50,607 bases of DNA from Salipiger bermudensis (GTDB taxonomy: Archaea > Thermoplasmatota > Poseidoniia > Poseidoniales > Poseidoniaceae): NCBI GenBank assembly GCA_964227855.1, contig CAXQWT010000009.1:1-50607 (forward strand), given 5' to 3'. Positions within the stretch are counted from its first letter, which is position 1. Every line of letters starts with the position of its first letter. Below the pieces are notes generated by a model. The model ran no database searches. It saw only the letters and a list, made by a program, of their open reading frames with translations, and was not told the DNA's origin. Both the position numbers and the translations under genes were made by a program. This document shows, piece by piece, positions 19,554 to 29,654 of the stretch.

Positions 19554-20060
19554 ATGGGAGACCAGTCCGTTCAGGCCGCCTCTATTCTCCCGGCTTTCGA
19601 AGATCTTTCAGATGAGGAAGCCCTTGAAGCGATTTTGGACATGCACAAACCCTCAAAAAACCCAGTCGTACGGTGGTTATGGACTGGACTCGGGAGCATT
19701 TTCGTGGTCTTTGCTGCAATTGGAACGGTTCTACCCGGATGGCCTACAACATCGTGGCTTGTTGCTGCTGGATTCTGCTTTGGCCGATCATCGAGGCGAA
19801 TGTTTCGTTGGTTGCTAACCAACCGCGTCTTTGGCAATGCTCTCCTTGAGTATTACAAAGCCGGACGAGCATTGCCTCTTCACTCAAAGATTGTCATCAT
19901 CGGCATTATTTCAGTTGTATCTGCATTTTCAATCTATGCCGTCACGAAACTTGGCGACCCTGGCTTTGGTCAAACAACAATTGCAATTGTTGCTTTGATT
20001 GGAATTTGGTTTGTAGGCTGGAAAGTCCCTACAATTCAGTTGCAAGCACAACCCAATTAG
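19554..20060 (+). CDS. YbaN/DUF454 family membrane protein
   Basis: IGTVLPGWPTT, CFGRSS, WLLTNRVFG; GAGGTG SD before ATG 19554. Confidence 0.85.
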   Translation: MGDQSVQAASILPAFEDLSDEEALEAILDMHKPSKNPVVRWLWTGLGSIFVVFAAIGTVLPGWPTTSWLVAAGFCFGRSSRRMFRWLLTNRVFGNALLEYYKAGRALPLHSKIVIIGIISVVSAFSIYAVTKLGDPGFGQTTIAIVALIGIWFVGWKVPTIQLQAQPN

Positions 20061-21238
20061 AGCTCTTTCAAATGCGCAGCAAGCCGATCTGCAATGGAGA
20101 TTCCCACGTCTGTGCAAGATGCCGTTCCACCCAAATCATAGGTAAGCGATTTACCATCCTTGAGATGCTCTGCAACACTTTGATCAAGAATTTTTGACAC
20201 ATTCAATAATTCATCGTCGTTGGAGCGGCGAGCGAGCCAATCCAACATCATTTGAACCGAATTAATGCTTGCGATCGGATTGACTTTGTTTTGTCCAGCA
20301 TGCTTTGGAGCTGAACCGTGAACCGGTTCGAAGAATGCGCTGTCGTCGCCGATGTTTCCGGACGCAGCCATCCCCATTCCTCCTTGTAAAACAGAGGCGA
20401 GGTCAGTTGCAATGTCGCCGAACATATTGGATGTAACCACTACGTCGTAAAACTCAGGTGTACGTGTCAACCACTGAGTGAATGCATCGATGTATCCGTA
20501 GTCTTTCTCCACATGTGAATAAGAATTTGCAACCTCATCAAACGTTCGCCGGAACAATTGACATCCACGCGTAACATTGCTTTTGTCGATGCATGAAACG
20601 CGTGATACTCCATCAACAGGAGCTCCATTTCGAGTATCACAAATATCAAAACCCATCTTGATCAGTCGTTCAGACCCATGGGATGAAATCGGTCTTGGAT
20701 CATACGCAACTTCTCCATGAAGCCCAGGGAAGTCAATTTCAGGAGGCTCGTATCCTTCCAACCCTTTTGCTCGCTGTGCGCTTCGGTGAAGCAATGAATG
20801 GTAGAGTCCTTCTGTGTTCTCTCGAAGAATGACCATATTGACCATGTCTGGATCCCAAATGTTGGTGAAGCGCCCATGGACTTTGTGAGGAACACCTTCG
20901 TAGAGACGAATTGGGCGGACATTTGCATACAAATCCAATCCACTTCGCATACCGAGAATTACCGATCCGCCTGCAAGATCACCGTTTGGTAATCGTGCAC
21001 CAGGGTATCCTATAGCACCCATGAATATTGCATCAGCATCATCACGACAGAATTCAAATGAACCTTCAGCCCACTCTTCTCCAGTAGCAAGATAATGTTG
21101 ACCGCCGCATGGAATCACAGTTTGCTCAAACCCATGGTTTGTATGCTCTTGGATTGTATCCAAAATACGCTGTGCTTCGACCGCTACTTCCTTCCCCGTG
21201 CCGTCGCCGGGAAGCACCGCAATGACGTGGTCGCTCAT
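20057..21238 (-). CDS. Isocitrate/isopropylmalate/tartrate dehydrogenase family enzyme
   Basis: PGDGTGKEV, LDLYANVRP, RENTEGLY, DKSNV, NMFGDIATD, EPVHGSAP; start ATG 21238. Confidence 0.92.
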   Translation of the reverse strand: MSDHVIAVLPGDGTGKEVAVEAQRILDTIQEHTNHGFEQTVIPCGGQHYLATGEEWAEGSFEFCRDDADAIFMGAIGYPGARLPNGDLAGGSVILGMRSGLDLYANVRPIRLYEGVPHKVHGRFTNIWDPDMVNMVILRENTEGLYHSLLHRSAQRAKGLEGYEPPEIDFPGLHGEVAYDPRPISSHGSERLIKMGFDICDTRNGAPVDGVSRVSCIDKSNVTRGCQLFRRTFDEVANSYSHVEKDYGYIDAFTQWLTRTPEFYDVVVTSNMFGDIATDLASVLQGGMGMAASGNIGDDSAFFEPVHGSAPKHAGQNKVNPIASINSVQMMLDWLARRSNDDELLNVSKILDQSVAEHLKDGKSLTYDLGGTASCTDVGISIADRLAAHLKEL

Positions 21239-21293
21239 GGCTCTTCGATATGTCAATAGTACATGAAGGAGACCCATTTCTCCGATGCACGTT

Positions 21294-22931
21294 TCAATGG
21301 CGGAACAGCCGATGGCCTGTGAACAACATGGAGATTCCGAGTCGATTTGCGGCATCGATGACTTCCTGATCCCGAATTGAACCGCCCGGTTGAACGATTG
21401 CCGAGGCACCTGCCTGAGCAGCCTGCTCAAGACCGTCTGGGAATGGGAAGAAAGCATCACTTGCGAGGACACAATCTTTCGCTCGCTCGCCAGCGCGACG
21501 GGCTGCAATTCGGACGGCCTCAACACGACTCGTTTGACCGGGGCCGATACCGACGGTTGCCAATCCCTGCACCATCACAATTGCATTGGATTTGACTTGC
21601 TCACAGACGCGTACTGCGAATTTCATCGAATCAATTTCTGATCGAGTTACCGCTTTTTCTGTTACCGTTTTTGCTGAGGCCCAATCGATGATTGGAGCTT
21701 CTTCTGTCTGAACAATCCAACCTCCTTCAATTTGTTTCAGAATTCGCTTACGTTCAAGGGGAGCAAGACGATTGTTTGGTGATTCGATTGTAAGAAGTCG
21801 TCGATTTCCTTTTTGCATGATAAATTCCTTTGCTTCAGCAGTATAACCTGGAGCAATGAGAACTTCGATGAACAATCCAGCCATCGCTTTGGCCGTATCG
21901 ATTGTCACAATTTCATTAAAGCAAATAATCGAACCAAAAGCAGACTCAGGGTCGCTTGCTAAGGCGTTTGTATACGCATCAACTTGATTTGCTGCGAGAG
22001 CAACGCCACATGGGTTGTTGTGTTTGACAATGACGCATGCATGTGGTGTTTCAGGCCATTCATTGGTTGAAAGAGAACGACACAATCGGAGTGTAGCATC
22101 AGCATCGGAGTAGTTGTTGTACGACATCGCCTTGCCACCTTCAACATGTGCAGTAACAAGGGTTGAGTGTTTTCCGAGTACTTCATCATCCACAAACAAT
22201 GCAGCGCTTTGATGAGCATTTTCTCCGTAGCGTAATGTCTCCATCTTTATTGATGAAGCGAGCAGAGTTTTATGGAATCTACCAGATTGCTCTTCAACTG
22301 AATCATACGATTCTGGGACTCCATTCCACCGGCCATGCAGTGTGTTTGCTATGGCCACATCATACGATGCAGTGTGCTGATAGGCTGCGAGAGCAAGTTC
22401 TTGCCGTCGTACAATCGACACTCCAGATGGGTCTCCTCCAGATTCTTCCAAATCCTCAACGATAGAATTGTAATCGTTGGGATTGCAACAGATAATGACA
22501 TTTGCATGGTTTTTTGCCGAGGCTCGAACCATTGTCGGTCCACCGATATCGATCATTTCCAACAATGCTTCCTTATCGAGCGGCGGATCTGATGATGCTG
22601 CAGCGACAAACGGATAGAGGTTGCAAGCCACCAAGGCAATGGGCGTATACTGCAGTTCTTTCATTCCGATTCGATCGTCTTCTTTTTGCAAACGAGCAAG
22701 CAGTGGACCATGAATAGCAGGATGAAGGGTTTTAACTCGGCCATCAAAAATTTCGGGATGCTGTGTGACATCAGAAACGCTCATCACTGCAAGGCCTGCT
22801 TCCTTGAGTTTACGTGCTGTACCTCCCGTTGAAATCAATTCGAACCCGAGATTGACCAGTGAAGTTGCGAATTCGACGATTCCTGTTTTATCCCATACGC
22901 TGAGTAGTGCGCGAGGTTTTCCCGAGTCCAT
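21294..22931 (-). CDS. purH: Bifunctional AICAR transformylase / IMP cyclohydrolase
   Basis: ALLSVWDKTG, GRVKTLHP, IDIGGP, LRYGEN, KHNNPCG, ASDAFFPF, RLFRH. Confidence 0.97.
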   Translation of the reverse strand: MDSGKPRALLSVWDKTGIVEFATSLVNLGFELISTGGTARKLKEAGLAVMSVSDVTQHPEIFDGRVKTLHPAIHGPLLARLQKEDDRIGMKELQYTPIALVACNLYPFVAAASSDPPLDKEALLEMIDIGGPTMVRASAKNHANVIICCNPNDYNSIVEDLEESGGDPSGVSIVRRQELALAAYQHTASYDVAIANTLHGRWNGVPESYDSVEEQSGRFHKTLLASSIKMETLRYGENAHQSAALFVDDEVLGKHSTLVTAHVEGGKAMSYNNYSDADATLRLCRSLSTNEWPETPHACVIVKHNNPCGVALAANQVDAYTNALASDPESAFGSIICFNEIVTIDTAKAMAGLFIEVLIAPGYTAEAKEFIMQKGNRRLLTIESPNNRLAPLERKRILKQIEGGWIVQTEEAPIIDWASAKTVTEKAVTRSEIDSMKFAVRVCEQVKSNAIVMVQGLATVGIGPGQTSRVEAVRIAARRAGERAKDCVLASDAFFPFPDGLEQAAQAGASAIVQPGGSIRDQEVIDAANRLGISMLFTGHRLFRH

Positions 22932-22994
22932 GGTTGCACCCGTTATCGACCTCTAGTATGTCTTTGTTATCAAGCATGTGATGAGGCCACTTGC

Positions 22995-24578
22995 TCAATC
23001 ACCGCGAGATGAAATGACCTGATCGACACGAAGAAGTCCACAAGCTGTCTCAACTGCTGCTTGTAACGCATGCGCAACAGTGTGGGATGAAAGCAAGACC
23101 CCCTTGATTTCACCAATCTTTCCGTCCTTGCATACGCCGAATTGATTGGATTGATTACGATGTGCTGCCCGTAGTTGCAACAGGGCGTCGATTTGATCCT
23201 CGCCTGCATTGAGTGCAAGCGTGCTGGGAATCGTTTCGAGAGCGCGGGCAAAACCTTCGATTGCTAAGCGTTGGCGACCCGATATGGATTCCCCTTCTTC
23301 CCTCAAACGGAGAGCTGCAGCAATGTGGAACGAACCGCCTCCAAGCAATGTCCTTGGATGCTCCAACACGGATTCAAGCGTTCGAAGAGCATCGTACATG
23401 GCCCGTATGTATTCTTCGACAGCGGCGCCTTGTCCACCACCGACATCAATGGTGACAAGACCAGAGCTCGGTCCAACATTGACAATCAACCGAGTTCGGC
23501 GCCCATCTTCGTGTTCGGAAACGTCAACCAATGCGGATTGAAGAATACCGAGACTTTCGAAAGCAACATCATCGAGGTGGTTGATGAGTGTGGCGCCGGT
23601 CGCTGCAGCAATATCTTCAATTCCATCATCTTCCATCATTCCAACGAGGAGAATCCCGTTGTTGTTGCAAGCATGTTGGATGCGATCATCGACCTCCTTT
23701 GAAGTAAAGACCACGTTCGCACCCGAACGCATAAGCACTTCGATTTTTTCATCAAGAAGTCGTTCTTCAGCATCCAAAAAAGCAACCATCTGTTCAGGAC
23801 GTTCAATTTCAATTTCAGCATCACGCTTTGTTTTCTGAATGGTAAGTGGGCAAGTCAAGGCCAAGACGCCAGAAGGCTGAGTGATTTTTGGGGTTCGTTC
23901 AGAATCAAACTTCTTATCGATTACAACGCCCTTGATCAATCGTGTTTCTTGGAGTGAGTCATGTCCACGCTTCGTCATACGAACGTTCTCTGCTCGAACA
24001 GGTTGGCCACTGGATTGGATTGTTGTCATGCATTCGACCAGAAGTTGTGCGAGAGCATCTCCTCCGGCTTCAGCAGACTTTCCTACCATTGCAGTTTTTG
24101 CTATTGAATGCAATGATTCGACTCCTACTTCCTTCATTGAACGTTCATCGAGAATGTCTAACGTTTGCATGATAGAATCTTGGTATGCTTCAACGAGGAC
24201 AAGCGGATGCACTCCACGTTCCAGCAAACGCCCAGCTTCTTTCATCAATTCACTCGCAAACAGGAGGCATCCCGTGACTCCATCTCCGCATGCATTTTCT
24301 TGAGATTCTGCAAGTTGAACAAATGCTTTCGCAGCAGGGTGTTTAACGAGTAAATCGGCGACGATTTTTGCACCATCGTTTGTAATTGCGTTTTCCCCAT
24401 TGGTTTTGTACATCATCTTGTCCAAACCATTCGGGCCAAACGTTCGACGAAGTATGTCTCCAAAAGCAGCGGCAGCACCGACGAGTTTCTGTGTTACTGC
24501 CACACCACTTGTTACTGAAGTGGTTGGTCGAACAATGACGACTGGTGCACGACCTGAACCATCGCCCTGTTGCGCCAT
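22995..24578 (-). CDS. Group II chaperonin (thermosome-like) subunit, divergent
   Basis: TFGPNGLDKM, ITNDGA, HPAAK, GDGVTG (canonical GDGTTT), LLRVDQVI. Confidence 0.9.
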   Translation of the reverse strand: MAQQGDGSGRAPVVIVRPTTSVTSGVAVTQKLVGAAAAFGDILRRTFGPNGLDKMMYKTNGENAITNDGAKIVADLLVKHPAAKAFVQLAESQENACGDGVTGCLLFASELMKEAGRLLERGVHPLVLVEAYQDSIMQTLDILDERSMKEVGVESLHSIAKTAMVGKSAEAGGDALAQLLVECMTTIQSSGQPVRAENVRMTKRGHDSLQETRLIKGVVIDKKFDSERTPKITQPSGVLALTCPLTIQKTKRDAEIEIERPEQMVAFLDAEERLLDEKIEVLMRSGANVVFTSKEVDDRIQHACNNNGILLVGMMEDDGIEDIAAATGATLINHLDDVAFESLGILQSALVDVSEHEDGRRTRLIVNVGPSSGLVTIDVGGGQGAAVEEYIRAMYDALRTLESVLEHPRTLLGGGSFHIAAALRLREEGESISGRQRLAIEGFARALETIPSTLALNAGEDQIDALLQLRAAHRNQSNQFGVCKDGKIGEIKGVLLSSHTVAHALQAAVETACGLLRVDQVISSRGD

Positions 24579-24616
24579 GATTCACGGGTGTGACCGCTCT
24601 TCAAGAAGTCTCCTTC

Positions 24617-25960
24617 TCAACGCCGACGGCCTTTTCTCGTCTTCTTGGAGCGCCCAGGTTGTTCGTAAGCACGACTTTGATATGCTCGACGATCTTGATC
24701 ATCACTCCAAATTGAGTGCTCTGATACATCAGCAGACTCTGGCATGTCATCGAGGGACTCAATCGTAAGTCGTAAGCCTCCGAGTTGGTCCTGTAATGCC
24801 CGGACATTGTCCCCACCTCTCCCAACCAGTGTTGAGATCATGTTGCTTGGAGCGTATACGGTTGCAGCAGTATCACTCGTGAATTGAACCCGAACATGAA
24901 CGCCTGCCCACTGACGTATTGTATGGATGAGTTGCTTCTGCGCAAGTTGCTGAAGGGGCTTCTTTCGACTTGCTTCAGTAACGGGAACAACTGCAAGTTC
25001 TGAACCAAAGGCAAACATTTCGTGAGTTACTTTACCCGTTGGGAATTCAACCACTTCAATGACAGGACGAGCCAACTCTTCCTGCATTCCAGAAGGTGGC
25101 TTTACGGTCATTCTGAGTTCAAGTACCTGCTGGATTTGACCCGCTTCAACATGGAGTACGGTATCAAGAACCTGAGAAACAAGCCCCAATTCGACCTTCC
25201 CAATCAGCCGCTGTATGGCTTCAAGAGCCGAATTGGCGTGGGTAACGCCAAGCAATCCGACTCCGGCAAGCCGTACATCAGCAAAAATTTCGAAATCACG
25301 TGCGCGACGAACTTCATCGAAAATAACGAAATCGGGCCGTACTAGGAAAATGATTTCTGCTGTCTTTTCGAGATCACCTTCCAATGGAGCATATTGAGTG
25401 ATTCGTTCAGCAAGTTGTAAATCTCTTGGCGCCTCCATTGTCTTCACCATCGCACCAATGTCATCATCGAGATATTCAGCAATGGCTTGAGCGAGTGTTG
25501 TTTTTCCTGAACCTGGCCGCCCACAAATGAAAACACCGCGGTGATGATTGGAGAGGCGCTCAACGATTTTTGGATCCAAATCATAATCACTTAGTGAGAG
25601 TTTTGCAACCGGGCGAACAACGGTAATTTCGCGAGCATCTGAAAACGGGGGGCTTGCACAGGTAACCCTTAGATCTCCTAATTGGAGAACCTGGCAACCT
25701 TTACGATTAATTTCCAAGAAACAATCACTTCGATGCTGGTTCTCTCCAACGACGGTTTGGAGCGATTCTTGCAGCGACTCCAAACGCAGATTGTCCCATT
25801 CCTCGTCTTTCGTATCAAGTTCTACCAACTTGAGTTGGCCGATTGTTCCCCTTTTGACACGAGGAGGGCAATCGGCCTTGAGAAAGATGGTGTGGACGTC
25901 CGCCTCCAACAATTCTTCCAGTTCGGAAGGGAGTTCAGGATGCTCACCATACTTTGCCAT
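24617..25960 (-). CDS. PINA-like secretion-family P-loop ATPase with C-terminal KH domain, lacking an N-terminal PIN domain
   Basis: EITVVRPV, GRPGSGKTT, TMEAPRDL, FDEVR, GVTHA, KH motif LVGRGG; start ATG 25960. Confidence 0.85.
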   Translation of the reverse strand: MAKYGEHPELPSELEELLEADVHTIFLKADCPPRVKRGTIGQLKLVELDTKDEEWDNLRLESLQESLQTVVGENQHRSDCFLEINRKGCQVLQLGDLRVTCASPPFSDAREITVVRPVAKLSLSDYDLDPKIVERLSNHHRGVFICGRPGSGKTTLAQAIAEYLDDDIGAMVKTMEAPRDLQLAERITQYAPLEGDLEKTAEIIFLVRPDFVIFDEVRRARDFEIFADVRLAGVGLLGVTHANSALEAIQRLIGKVELGLVSQVLDTVLHVEAGQIQQVLELRMTVKPPSGMQEELARPVIEVVEFPTGKVTHEMFAFGSELAVVPVTEASRKKPLQQLAQKQLIHTIRQWAGVHVRVQFTSDTAATVYAPSNMISTLVGRGGDNVRALQDQLGGLRLTIESLDDMPESADVSEHSIWSDDQDRRAYQSRAYEQPGRSKKTRKGRRR

Positions 25961-26001
25961 TATGTGAATGTCAGGACGGAGGCCTTTGACACTTCGCACA
26001 G

Positions 26002-26379
26002 TTATACAGAAGGCGTACCCGGTTCGAGCATGCCGAATGTCCACCAAATGTAGGCATTTGTGCCAATGCTTCCGATGATTGAACCAACGAGTGGGAAGTC
26101 ATAGAAGTAAATGCACCAATACGTGAGGCCCGCTGTTACTGCAACGAAGGCGAGAATGTTCAAGATGCCTCCATTTTTCATGCCACTCAATTGAATGGTT
26201 TTGTCATAACGACTTGCACCCCAGATAATGGCCACAACGATTGAAAGAATCGAAAAGGTGACTGCAGCATCAAAGACAGAATCTTGGACAAACCAAGTCG
26301 CAAAGGATGCAAGAGTAACGCCAGCAAGGAGCCAAAGCATGACACGTTCGGGGCTCATGATTGACCCAGTTGGCTTCAT
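26002..26379 (-). CDS. Small four-TM membrane protein
   Basis: Hydrophobic helices; ATGA overlap with the upstream oxidoreductase stop. Confidence 0.7.
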   Translation of the reverse strand: MKPTGSIMSPERVMLWLLAGVTLASFATWFVQDSVFDAAVTFSILSIVVAIIWGASRYDKTIQLSGMKNGGILNILAFVAVTAGLTYWCIYFYDFPLVGSIIGSIGTNAYIWWTFGMLEPGTPSV

Positions 26380-27317
26380 CTCTTCAATTCTCGTGTCTTT
26401 GAACGTCCTGAGGCGATTAATTGCAAATGAGCCTGTTCAATGCATTTGAGGGTCCGAAGAATCGATCCCGTTGAGGCTGCAATCGAGGTCGATTCACTAT
26501 TGACAAAATCAAGTATGACTGCTTCAAGCGGAGTATGTTTGGATTCAATGTATTCAATGCTTGACTGATTTTTCAAAATTTCATAGTGGTCATGATGTTG
26601 CAATTGGATGAGCATCCGACCCTCCCGTCCAATTACTTCCAATTCTGCAACATCGCATTCTTCGTTCCAACCGACATCGATGTAGATTTCCACCTGATTT
26701 GGATATTCCAATACCAACTCGCTCGCTGTACGAGTTCCATGGACCTCAGATATCCTTAACGGTGTTTGCCCATCGAGTAGAAATTCAGCCAGATCGATGC
26801 CATGAATGGCTAATGTATCCAAGGCATGGGAAGATTCATCACTGATCCGTTGAGATTTTTTCCGATAGTGGATGGATTGTATTGCACCGATTTGGCCTGC
26901 TCGAATTTGCGATCTTGCATCGAGAATACATGGATGAAAACGAAGTAGAAAACCACTTTTGAGAATCTTTCCTTCTTGTATTGCGGTAGAGACGAGAGAT
27001 GATGCATGATCAAAAGTTGTAGCGAGTGGTTTCTCGAGGAAGACGTCAACGCCCTTCCCCAAGAACTCCATTCCTAATTCGTAGTGGGTCGCATTGGGTG
27101 TTGCGATGATGACAGAATCAAGTTGGAAGCTGTCAACAAGCGTGTGAGGGTTATCATGCAACTCAACATTTCGGTATTGAATGGATTCAAGCGTTGAAGC
27201 ATCAAGATCACATGCAACGATGCATTCAATATCTGCTTCATGAGCCAGAGTTTGCAAGGATTGGAGGTGTTTCGAACCCCATCTGCCGCATCCAATGACG
27301 CCTATTCGTCGCGACAT
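26376..27317 (-). CDS. Gfo/Idh/MocA family NAD(P)-dependent oxidoreductase
   Basis: IGVIGCGRWG, IATPNATH, FLEKPLA, RFHP, AIHGID. Confidence 0.92.
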   Translation of the reverse strand: MSRRIGVIGCGRWGSKHLQSLQTLAHEADIECIVACDLDASTLESIQYRNVELHDNPHTLVDSFQLDSVIIATPNATHYELGMEFLGKGVDVFLEKPLATTFDHASSLVSTAIQEGKILKSGFLLRFHPCILDARSQIRAGQIGAIQSIHYRKKSQRISDESSHALDTLAIHGIDLAEFLLDGQTPLRISEVHGTRTASELVLEYPNQVEIYIDVGWNEECDVAELEVIGREGRMLIQLQHHDHYEILKNQSSIEYIESKHTPLEAVILDFVNSESTSIAASTGSILRTLKCIEQAHLQLIASGRSKTRELKR

Positions 27318-27365
27318 GCCCCGAGGGTCGCCTTTCAGCAATTGAGGTTTGGCTTATCGCCGTGC

Positions 27366-29600
27366 CTAGTATTCATAGTAGGCATAATCTGGGAATTCAA
27401 TGTCAAAGGTTACAACATCGGTCAATTCCATGCTCGTTAAGTTGTGAACAGTGATGCCAGCTCCAGAAAATGCATAGATGAAGTCGCCCATGAATATGGT
27501 TCGTCGGATGTTTTCATCTCCGCCCCACCAGTGGTTGACATCTTCATGATTGACGAGGGAAGAGTGGTTGACCTCACCGTGAACGGACATGCTTCCAGTG
27601 TCTTCATCGACACTGACAATAATGGCCTTTGAAACGTATTCATAGTGCCACTGGTAACCCCGATCTTCGTCGTAGGACTCGACATATCGATAGGTAGAGA
27701 GCGGTACGGCGAGCATTTCCTTTGGCCCCCAATACTGGAACGCTTTGTGTTCATACTTCGCTTCAGAATACGACCAGGACCACCGGTTGTCTTCAGGGTC
27801 ATCAACTGGCGAAAGCATGAGCGTATCGGCTACAGCCGGTTGTGTCAAATCACTGATGTTGAACGTTGAAAGACGTGTACTTGACCAATCGAGACCCAAC
27901 CCGTCTTCGCCAGCAGGCCCCATTCCAATGGTGAGAAGCATGTCATCGTGAAGTGGATGGATGTAGGTCGAAACCCCTGGAACTTCCAATTCTCCTAGGA
28001 TTGTTGGCGTCGAAGGATCCGACAAATCGATGGTCCAAAGCGGATCAATTTGCTCAAATGTGACGATGTAAGCCCGATCCCCCACAAATCGTGCAGACCA
28101 AATACGCTCATTCTCTGCAATATTGTCCAAGCGACCGTATTCAAGCAAGACTTGTTGGTCGGTTTCAGGATTGACGCCACGAACGAGCGTGATAACCGAA
28201 GAGGACATCGGTTCAGGATCTTCCATCCACCATCGATTCCACTGGCCAACTGTTGTTGCCACCCGCAGCACCCCCTCATGCTCAGAAATGCTGAACTGAT
28301 TCAAGATCTGTCCATCAACGCGACCTGACCCGGTGTAGGTTGTTGTTCCTGGTACAGAAATATCGAATGTGTGAATGTTGGTCATATCATCGACATCATC
28401 TTGGCCCCAGAACCACCACCAATCCCATGCGTTCTCCGTGAGAATGAGCGCATCAGTTGATGCGTAAACCATTGGATGGTTGCTGAGTAAGTGATCCGAT
28501 TCGTAAGCGAAGGTTGGTGAAAACAAATCAAGCGAAAGAATGTTGGTGAATCCACGACTGAACCCATCCATCGGCTTTGCGAAGTTTTCACACGCTTGAG
28601 AACGCATATCGTGCTCGAAAATTTGACCATCAATTCGCTGGTAGATTTTCGGAACAAGCTCCTCCAAATCCATGGCCCCAAGAACTTCGTCGTTGGCCTG
28701 GATTGTTTCATAGGCAATCATTTCACGGTAGGTTCTGCGTTCTGGATCATCCCATTTGAGATCATAGTAGGCACTTGGCATGTTGAGCCAACTCGTTAAT
28801 CCAGGAATGTTCAACCAAGAATGCGTGATGGCTCGAATGGAGCCATCAACTTCACGAGCATCAACATTGTATCCTTCGAGATAGAGTTCTTGGATAACTT
28901 CTGGATTTGTCCTGTCTGAAACATTGTACGTCGTGTACTTGGTCATCGAACTCACTCGCCATTCACTGTAATCCCCATCCCAGCGAAGATAATTATACAG
29001 TTCATCTTCGGAGTCGATACTCCACGGATTGTAACTCGAGAGAACGATCAATCGATCACCACGCAACATCATGGAGATAGGTGAGCCTTCGATTGAAGAG
29101 TTGCTTGTAAATTCAATCTCTCCATATTCTGGAACACTCATGATTGAGAGTGTCGAGCCTTGTAAAGCATAGATGAAGTAACCATCCGTTTTGATGAAAT
29201 CTGCTTCATCAACACCTTGTTCTTGGTTATTGGTTCCACTGAAATCCTCGCCCTGGGTTCGTGGTTGTGGCTGTGCTGAGCCCGTTGATGCAGAATCACC
29301 ATCCATGGCAGCTTCTGCAACCATGCCATCTTCGAACATTCCCCAGCCGTAGTAGTACTGTTCTTCGACTGCCTGTAAGAGTTGAGTGCGATATTCCTCA
29401 GCAATACTCGCTTTGAGATCGTATTCCATATTCAAACAAGAGTCAAACTGAACCAAGTGAGGTTGGGAGATGGTCCGGCTGGTTTTTGTTTTCCAATCAT
29501 CAGGCAGTTCTGTGATAATTTCATCACGCACATTCCCAATGCATCCAGCTGTGAGCATCAACAGTACGAGCCCGATTGAGGTAACCATGCTTTTGTTCAT
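27366..29600 (-). CDS. Secreted beta-propeller domain lipoprotein (PF09826-like)
   Basis: Lipobox LTAGC; FSGTNNQEQGVDEADFIKTDG, LNQFSISEH, IWSARFVGD, DPLWTIDL, PGVSTYIHP. Confidence 0.88.
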   Translation of the reverse strand: MNKSMVTSIGLVLLMLTAGCIGNVRDEIITELPDDWKTKTSRTISQPHLVQFDSCLNMEYDLKASIAEEYRTQLLQAVEEQYYYGWGMFEDGMVAEAAMDGDSASTGSAQPQPRTQGEDFSGTNNQEQGVDEADFIKTDGYFIYALQGSTLSIMSVPEYGEIEFTSNSSIEGSPISMMLRGDRLIVLSSYNPWSIDSEDELYNYLRWDGDYSEWRVSSMTKYTTYNVSDRTNPEVIQELYLEGYNVDAREVDGSIRAITHSWLNIPGLTSWLNMPSAYYDLKWDDPERRTYREMIAYETIQANDEVLGAMDLEELVPKIYQRIDGQIFEHDMRSQACENFAKPMDGFSRGFTNILSLDLFSPTFAYESDHLLSNHPMVYASTDALILTENAWDWWWFWGQDDVDDMTNIHTFDISVPGTTTYTGSGRVDGQILNQFSISEHEGVLRVATTVGQWNRWWMEDPEPMSSSVITLVRGVNPETDQQVLLEYGRLDNIAENERIWSARFVGDRAYIVTFEQIDPLWTIDLSDPSTPTILGELEVPGVSTYIHPLHDDMLLTIGMGPAGEDGLGLDWSSTRLSTFNISDLTQPAVADTLMLSPVDDPEDNRWSWSYSEAKYEHKAFQYWGPKEMLAVPLSTYRYVESYDEDRGYQWHYEYVSKAIIVSVDEDTGSMSVHGEVNHSSLVNHEDVNHWWGGDENIRRTIFMGDFIYAFSGAGITVHNLTSMELTDVVTFDIEFPDYAYYEY

Positions 29601-29654
29601 GAGCCTATGAGGGCCTGCAACATTATGAAGAAGTTGGTAAAATGATTTTACTTT

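Noticed and set aside
20057-21238. Assigning leuB or icd
   Set aside because: Family is clear but substrate specificity cannot be determined by eye, and there are no leu genes nearby
21239-21526. Long N-terminal extension on the dehydrogenase (489-aa call)
   Set aside because: Overlaps the purH 3' end; family homology starts at MSDHVIAVLPGDG
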